Shown here: positions 61,061-64,000 of the stretch, piece after piece
How positions within the stretch are numbered: position 1 is the stretch's first letter
Layout: each line of letters begins with the position of its first letter
Assembly (NCBI GenBank): GCA_900319645.1
Contig: ONPG01000008.1
Span: 643 to 64,642, forward strand
Reading direction: 5' to 3'
DNA: 64,000 nucleotides
From: an uncultured Bacteroidales bacterium
GTDB lineage: Bacteria > Bacteroidota > Bacteroidia > Bacteroidales > Paludibacteraceae
The notes under the pieces: generated by a model
The model's database searches: none
What the model saw: the letters and a program-made list of their open reading frames with translations, nothing else
Told to the model about the DNA's origin: nothing
Position numbers and translations under genes: made by a program

Positions 61061-61091
61061 TTGGTAAATTCAAAAATTTGTTATATCTTTG
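61061..61091 (+). promoter_or_regulatory. Bacteroidota-type promoter (TTG-N20-TATCTTTG), second of a tandem pair
   Basis: TTGGTAAATTCAAAAATTTGTTATATCTTTG with exact spacing, 61 bp downstream of the first promoter and ~260 nt upstream of the first ORF. Confidence 0.5.
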
Positions 61092-61351
61092 CAACCGTTT
61101 TGGAGAGAAACCCAAAACTTGAAGCGAATTTACTTTTGACCCGACAAACAGAAATCTGGTACATTTCCACAGAGGGGCATAGAGTAACCGTTTCCGCGTA
61201 TATGAATCTAAAGCAGATCTCATATATAGCGTGGAGCATTATTTCTCTTTGTTTCTGTTGGGTTTACCAGAGCCTTGTTTGCAACAAAGTTGAGTATTAC
61301 TCTGCGCTTTTTTGTTTGAAAGACACAAATAACAATTAAAATAATACCACT

Positions 61352-61579
61352 ATGACGTACATGTACGAAGTCGTCGTCAAACGCGACACAGTAGCAGGCT
61401 CTTTGCGCCTTCCCGCAGGACTTTCTGTCCGAGTTCCTTATGATCAAATGTCCAGTCCTCTCACCTCCACAGCAGGCAAACAACGCATTGCCCAGGCCTT
61501 CTTGCAACAATGCGGACTTGACATGAGCCGTGAGATGAATTATATCAGCACTGCTTATATGGATGCTTATAGAATGTAA
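61352..61579 (+). CDS. Small hypothetical protein (75 aa)
   Basis: ORF MTYMYEVVVKRDTVAGSLRLPAGLSVRVPYDQMSSPL... It is the first gene after the tandem promoters. It resembles short Bacteroidota-restricted proteins I recall being annotated as a DUF family, but I cannot verify this. Confidence 0.5.
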   Translation: MTYMYEVVVKRDTVAGSLRLPAGLSVRVPYDQMSSPLTSTAGKQRIAQAFLQQCGLDMSREMNYISTAYMDAYRM

Positions 61580-61583
61580 ATAC

Positions 61584-61736
61584 ATGGGAATGACAAAAAC
61601 AACTGCCGCTAAGCGATTTTTTAGAATGGCAGAAAAAGATTTTAAAACCGGCAAAAAAGGCTCAGCTGTTGCAGAAACTCGTGCTGGAGTTGGACTATTA
61701 GCCATAGATATAATCCAACGATTAAATAACCATTAA
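61584..61736 (+). CDS. Possible 50-aa small protein (basic N-terminus, short hydrophobic C-terminal segment)
   Basis: Hand-translated as MGMTKTTAAKRFFRMAEKDFKTGKKGSAVAETRAGVGLLAIDIIQRLNNH. It lies 4 nt after the previous stop and ends 11 nt before the next start. It falls below the ORF-track length cutoff. Confidence 0.3.
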   Translation: MGMTKTTAAKRFFRMAEKDFKTGKKGSAVAETRAGVGLLAIDIIQRLNNH

Positions 61737-61747
61737 ATTTCAACGTT

Positions 61748-63220
61748 ATGTCAATATTATCAGCTTTTGAAAAATTTAAAAAAGTAGGAGAAAGTGCTCT
61801 GAATGTCGCAAGAAACTTGGACGCCGAAGATGTCTTAGGAGTAATCATTGCGCCTGTTCCGTATGTTTTGTACAAAGGGACAAAGTTTGCAATAGAATCA
61901 CTTTCCTCAGAAGACGAATCCCAAGCAGGTCCAGCTCTTGCAGGTTTATATAACTCATATATAAGGGGAGAAAGGTCTGAAGATGATACAATTCAATTAA
62001 TGAAAGAAGCTCTAAAGAACAATAACAACCGAGTGCGAGGGTTATACCATTTCTTTATGGCTGTAATTTTACTAAACAAAGCACAGAGTGCAATAGACAA
62101 AGAAAAAACTCATCTTTATAATGATGCTATGACACACTTTAATGCTGCATCAGAAAAAGACTCCATAAATGAACTTGTTGCATTATTCAAAGACAATGAT
62201 CTTGAATTTAGCTTTGAAGGAAAAACAATCACATCTGAAACTGTAAGTTATTTTGTTCATTATGAAATGGGGTGCTTCTATGAACAAAAAAGAGACTTAG
62301 GAAGAGCAAGAGCAGAGTATATATATGTTATGGCATCCACTGACTATAATTACAAAGAATATTCTATGGAAGGATATCGTCGTATGACAGATGTTCTTAA
62401 AAAAGAATTTGTGGATAATATTCCAATTGGTGCTCGTCAATACATATTGTTTGCACAGAATAAAGAAAAATTAGCTGGCGCGTATGACGAGGAAAGTCTT
62501 ATTCGATGTGTCTTTACTATTGATGATTATCCAGATAATTTAACTTTTTCAACTCATAGACCAGAAGCAAATAGACTATATATTTTGCACCCTTGCCGAG
62601 AAAATTTCTATATTGCATATGATAATTACGACGAATATATCTTTAACGATAAGATTAAGGAATTTTCATATTTATGCAGATGTTTGGGAGCAACAAGCAT
62701 TGAATACGAGAGCATTAAAGGTTCTGACATAAGTCAATCGAGTCTGCTAAATATAGATGCAGGGTTAGGCGGTAGTTACAAAGCTTTTGAAGGGGATGCT
62801 GGTGTTAAATATGGAAAGAAACAAAGTGAGCAGCAAAAAGTTTCTTCTCGTTCGTATTTGAGATACAAATTTCCTCCATTAAAAACGAAGGCAGCAGTTC
62901 CTAATGGGTTAGTATGGACTCAAGATCCAGAGGAACGAGAACTTATTGACATGTTTAGTCAGGGAAATTTAGAGGAAAGAGTTTGGTTCTTTAATTCTAA
63001 ACAGTTCTCTCAAAGAAATAAGTCTGTTACTATTGATGTAAAGGCCTCGTTCGGGGCTATGATGATCAAAATAAGTCCACGTTTTGACATGCAAAAGGAT
63101 ACTACATTTGCTCAGCAAGAAGAAAAAGAATGGAAACTAAGTGTAAGTTTCAAGCCCGAAGATTTAGGTCTAATGGATAGAATAAAAGCTTGGTTTAAAC
63201 ACTTATTTGGAATAAAATAA
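61748..63220 (+). CDS. Hypothetical protein (490 aa), no recognised domain, AT-rich
   Basis: Long uninterrupted ORF in a ~30% GC region, which makes a chance ORF of this length very unlikely. The N-terminal half looks helical and the C-terminal half beta-rich. Confidence 0.7.
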   Translation: MSILSAFEKFKKVGESALNVARNLDAEDVLGVIIAPVPYVLYKGTKFAIESLSSEDESQAGPALAGLYNSYIRGERSEDDTIQLMKEALKNNNNRVRGLYHFFMAVILLNKAQSAIDKEKTHLYNDAMTHFNAASEKDSINELVALFKDNDLEFSFEGKTITSETVSYFVHYEMGCFYEQKRDLGRARAEYIYVMASTDYNYKEYSMEGYRRMTDVLKKEFVDNIPIGARQYILFAQNKEKLAGAYDEESLIRCVFTIDDYPDNLTFSTHRPEANRLYILHPCRENFYIAYDNYDEYIFNDKIKEFSYLCRCLGATSIEYESIKGSDISQSSLLNIDAGLGGSYKAFEGDAGVKYGKKQSEQQKVSSRSYLRYKFPPLKTKAAVPNGLVWTQDPEERELIDMFSQGNLEERVWFFNSKQFSQRNKSVTIDVKASFGAMMIKISPRFDMQKDTTFAQQEEKEWKLSVSFKPEDLGLMDRIKAWFKHLFGIK

Positions 63221-63229
63221 TTTACTAAT

Positions 63230-63601
63230 ATGGAAAATTCAGTTTTGAAATTTGCAGAACTTTTTATTAAAACAGGTTCTGTGTTTGCAAGTGCCGATGG
63301 TAGTATTGACGCCCGTGAACGTCTTTTTGTAAGCAATTTTATAGAAGCTTTAACAAAGGAGTCTATAATAGAAATCTCCGGCAAAGAAATACTCTTAACA
63401 TTACAACCTGATTTAGATTTTGCCAAGTTAATTGCGGAAACCAATGAGTTTTTATCGCAATGTGATAATAAAGAAAAGGAAACGGCTACTACCATGCTCA
63501 ATGTTTTTATTGAGGAACTAATTTCTTCTGACGGAATTATACATGAAAACGAAGAGAAAATGTATAATCAATGGAAAGAAGAGTTTCTAAAAAACAAATG
63601 A
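63230..63601 (+). CDS. TerB-like domain protein
   Basis: 123-aa ORF with two ADG/SDG-x-I-x-x-x-E motifs (SADGSIDARERLF and SSDGIIHENEEKMY), spaced as in TerB-family helical bundles. Confidence 0.6.
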   Translation: MENSVLKFAELFIKTGSVFASADGSIDARERLFVSNFIEALTKESIIEISGKEILLTLQPDLDFAKLIAETNEFLSQCDNKEKETATTMLNVFIEELISSDGIIHENEEKMYNQWKEEFLKNK

Positions 63602-63698
63602 TCTTATGACCAACACTCTAACCTTCAATCAGCCTGCAAGACGTGTGTTTGCTGCCGTGAAGCACGTCCTGCTGGCTATGGATAAAATATACTAAAAT

Positions 63699-64000
63699 AT
63701 GTATAACTATAAAACTAATGATGTCACTCCGTATGAAGAGGAACAAATACAAAAAATAGAGCAGTGGATTAATAAAAAAGAGCCACTGCTTTCAAAGGTA
63801 TTAAACAAGTTAATTGAACCTATTTCCTCTCTCACCAAGTTAATTGTTCCATCCTCCGCAATTGAGGGTGCTTTAGTACAGATTAATAAAGCCGCCGAAT
63901 TCTTAACAGACGTACAAGATATTGAAAGGGATGCAAATGTAAAAGATATTACCGAACTACAGTATAAAAGTCTCCAATTATCAGATAAATTGGCTAATGA
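63699..64000 (+). CDS. EcsC-family-like protein (N-terminal fragment; continues beyond the window)
   Basis: Hand-translated as MYNYKTNDVTPYEEEQIQKIEQWINKKEPLLSKVLNKLIEPISS...DITELQYKSLQLSDKLAN. The E-x-x-I-x-x-IE-x-W start and the later D-I-x-x-L...LA block resemble EcsC N-termini. Confidence 0.55.
   Translation, partial: MYNYKTNDVTPYEEEQIQKIEQWINKKEPLLSKVLNKLIEPISSLTKLIVPSSAIEGALVQINKAAEFLTDVQDIERDANVKDITELQYKSLQLSDKLAN

Noticed and set aside
61352-64000. Annotating the AT-rich cluster as a mobile element or prophage
   Set aside because: No integrase, transposase, terminal repeats or tRNA junction are visible inside the window, and the right-hand boundary lies outside it. Only compositional evidence is available.

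Overview
This looks like a chromosomal segment from a Bacteroidota genome, probably Bacteroidales-like. The species cannot be determined from the sequence alone. Three things support the phylum call. At least a dozen intergenic TTG-N19/20-TAnnTTTG promoter motifs sit directly upstream of genes. GldB-like and GldH-like lipoprotein genes are present. Three large secreted proteins end in type IX secretion (T9SS) C-terminal sorting-domain-like tails. Spot counts of single 60-nt lines give about 50-55% GC in coding sequence.

Layout:
- 0.1-7.7 kb, minus strand: housekeeping genes (cysS, a lower-GC DUF4143-type AAA ATPase, nagB, a TlpA-like thioredoxin lipoprotein, glgB, a yhcH-family gene).
- 7.8-28.9 kb, minus strand: a surface-protein locus. 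It holds a monocistronic 3736-aa giant cargo gene and a four-gene operon (beta-barrel protein, barrel-plus-OmpA protein, two ~1080-aa paralogous cargo proteins).
- 29.6-41.8 kb: housekeeping (LMW-PTP, M13 peptidase, tdk, priA, a uridine-kinase-family gene, trmB, gldH-like, PSP1, holB, HIT, plsC, a PfkB kinase).
- 41.9-42.9 kb: tRNA-Asn, then a ~570-nt orphan transcription unit bounded by a promoter and a terminator.
- 42.9-58.6 kb, plus strand: mreBCD-mrdA-rodA, yraN, mnmG, apt, uvrC, tsaE, a secreted hypothetical, an S41 peptidase, a lolD-like ABC ATPase, gldB-like, sufS.
- 58.6-64.0 kb: hsp20 with a sigma-54-like promoter and tandem upstream repeats, an orphan 435-aa gene followed by a 23-bp perfect inverted repeat, then an AT-rich block (~30% GC). 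That block encodes two tiny proteins, a 490-aa orphan, a TerB-like protein and an EcsC-like protein.

Best candidates for undescribed biology:
1. The giant T9SS cargo / barrel / OmpA locus.
2. The AT-rich TerB/EcsC cluster.
3. The orphan transcript at 42.1-42.7 kb.
4. A family of short phased repeats and GGACA/TGACA-containing motifs that recur in several intergenic regions.

No CRISPR array, transposase, integrase or rRNA was seen. All family assignments come from motif recognition by eye. No database search was run.
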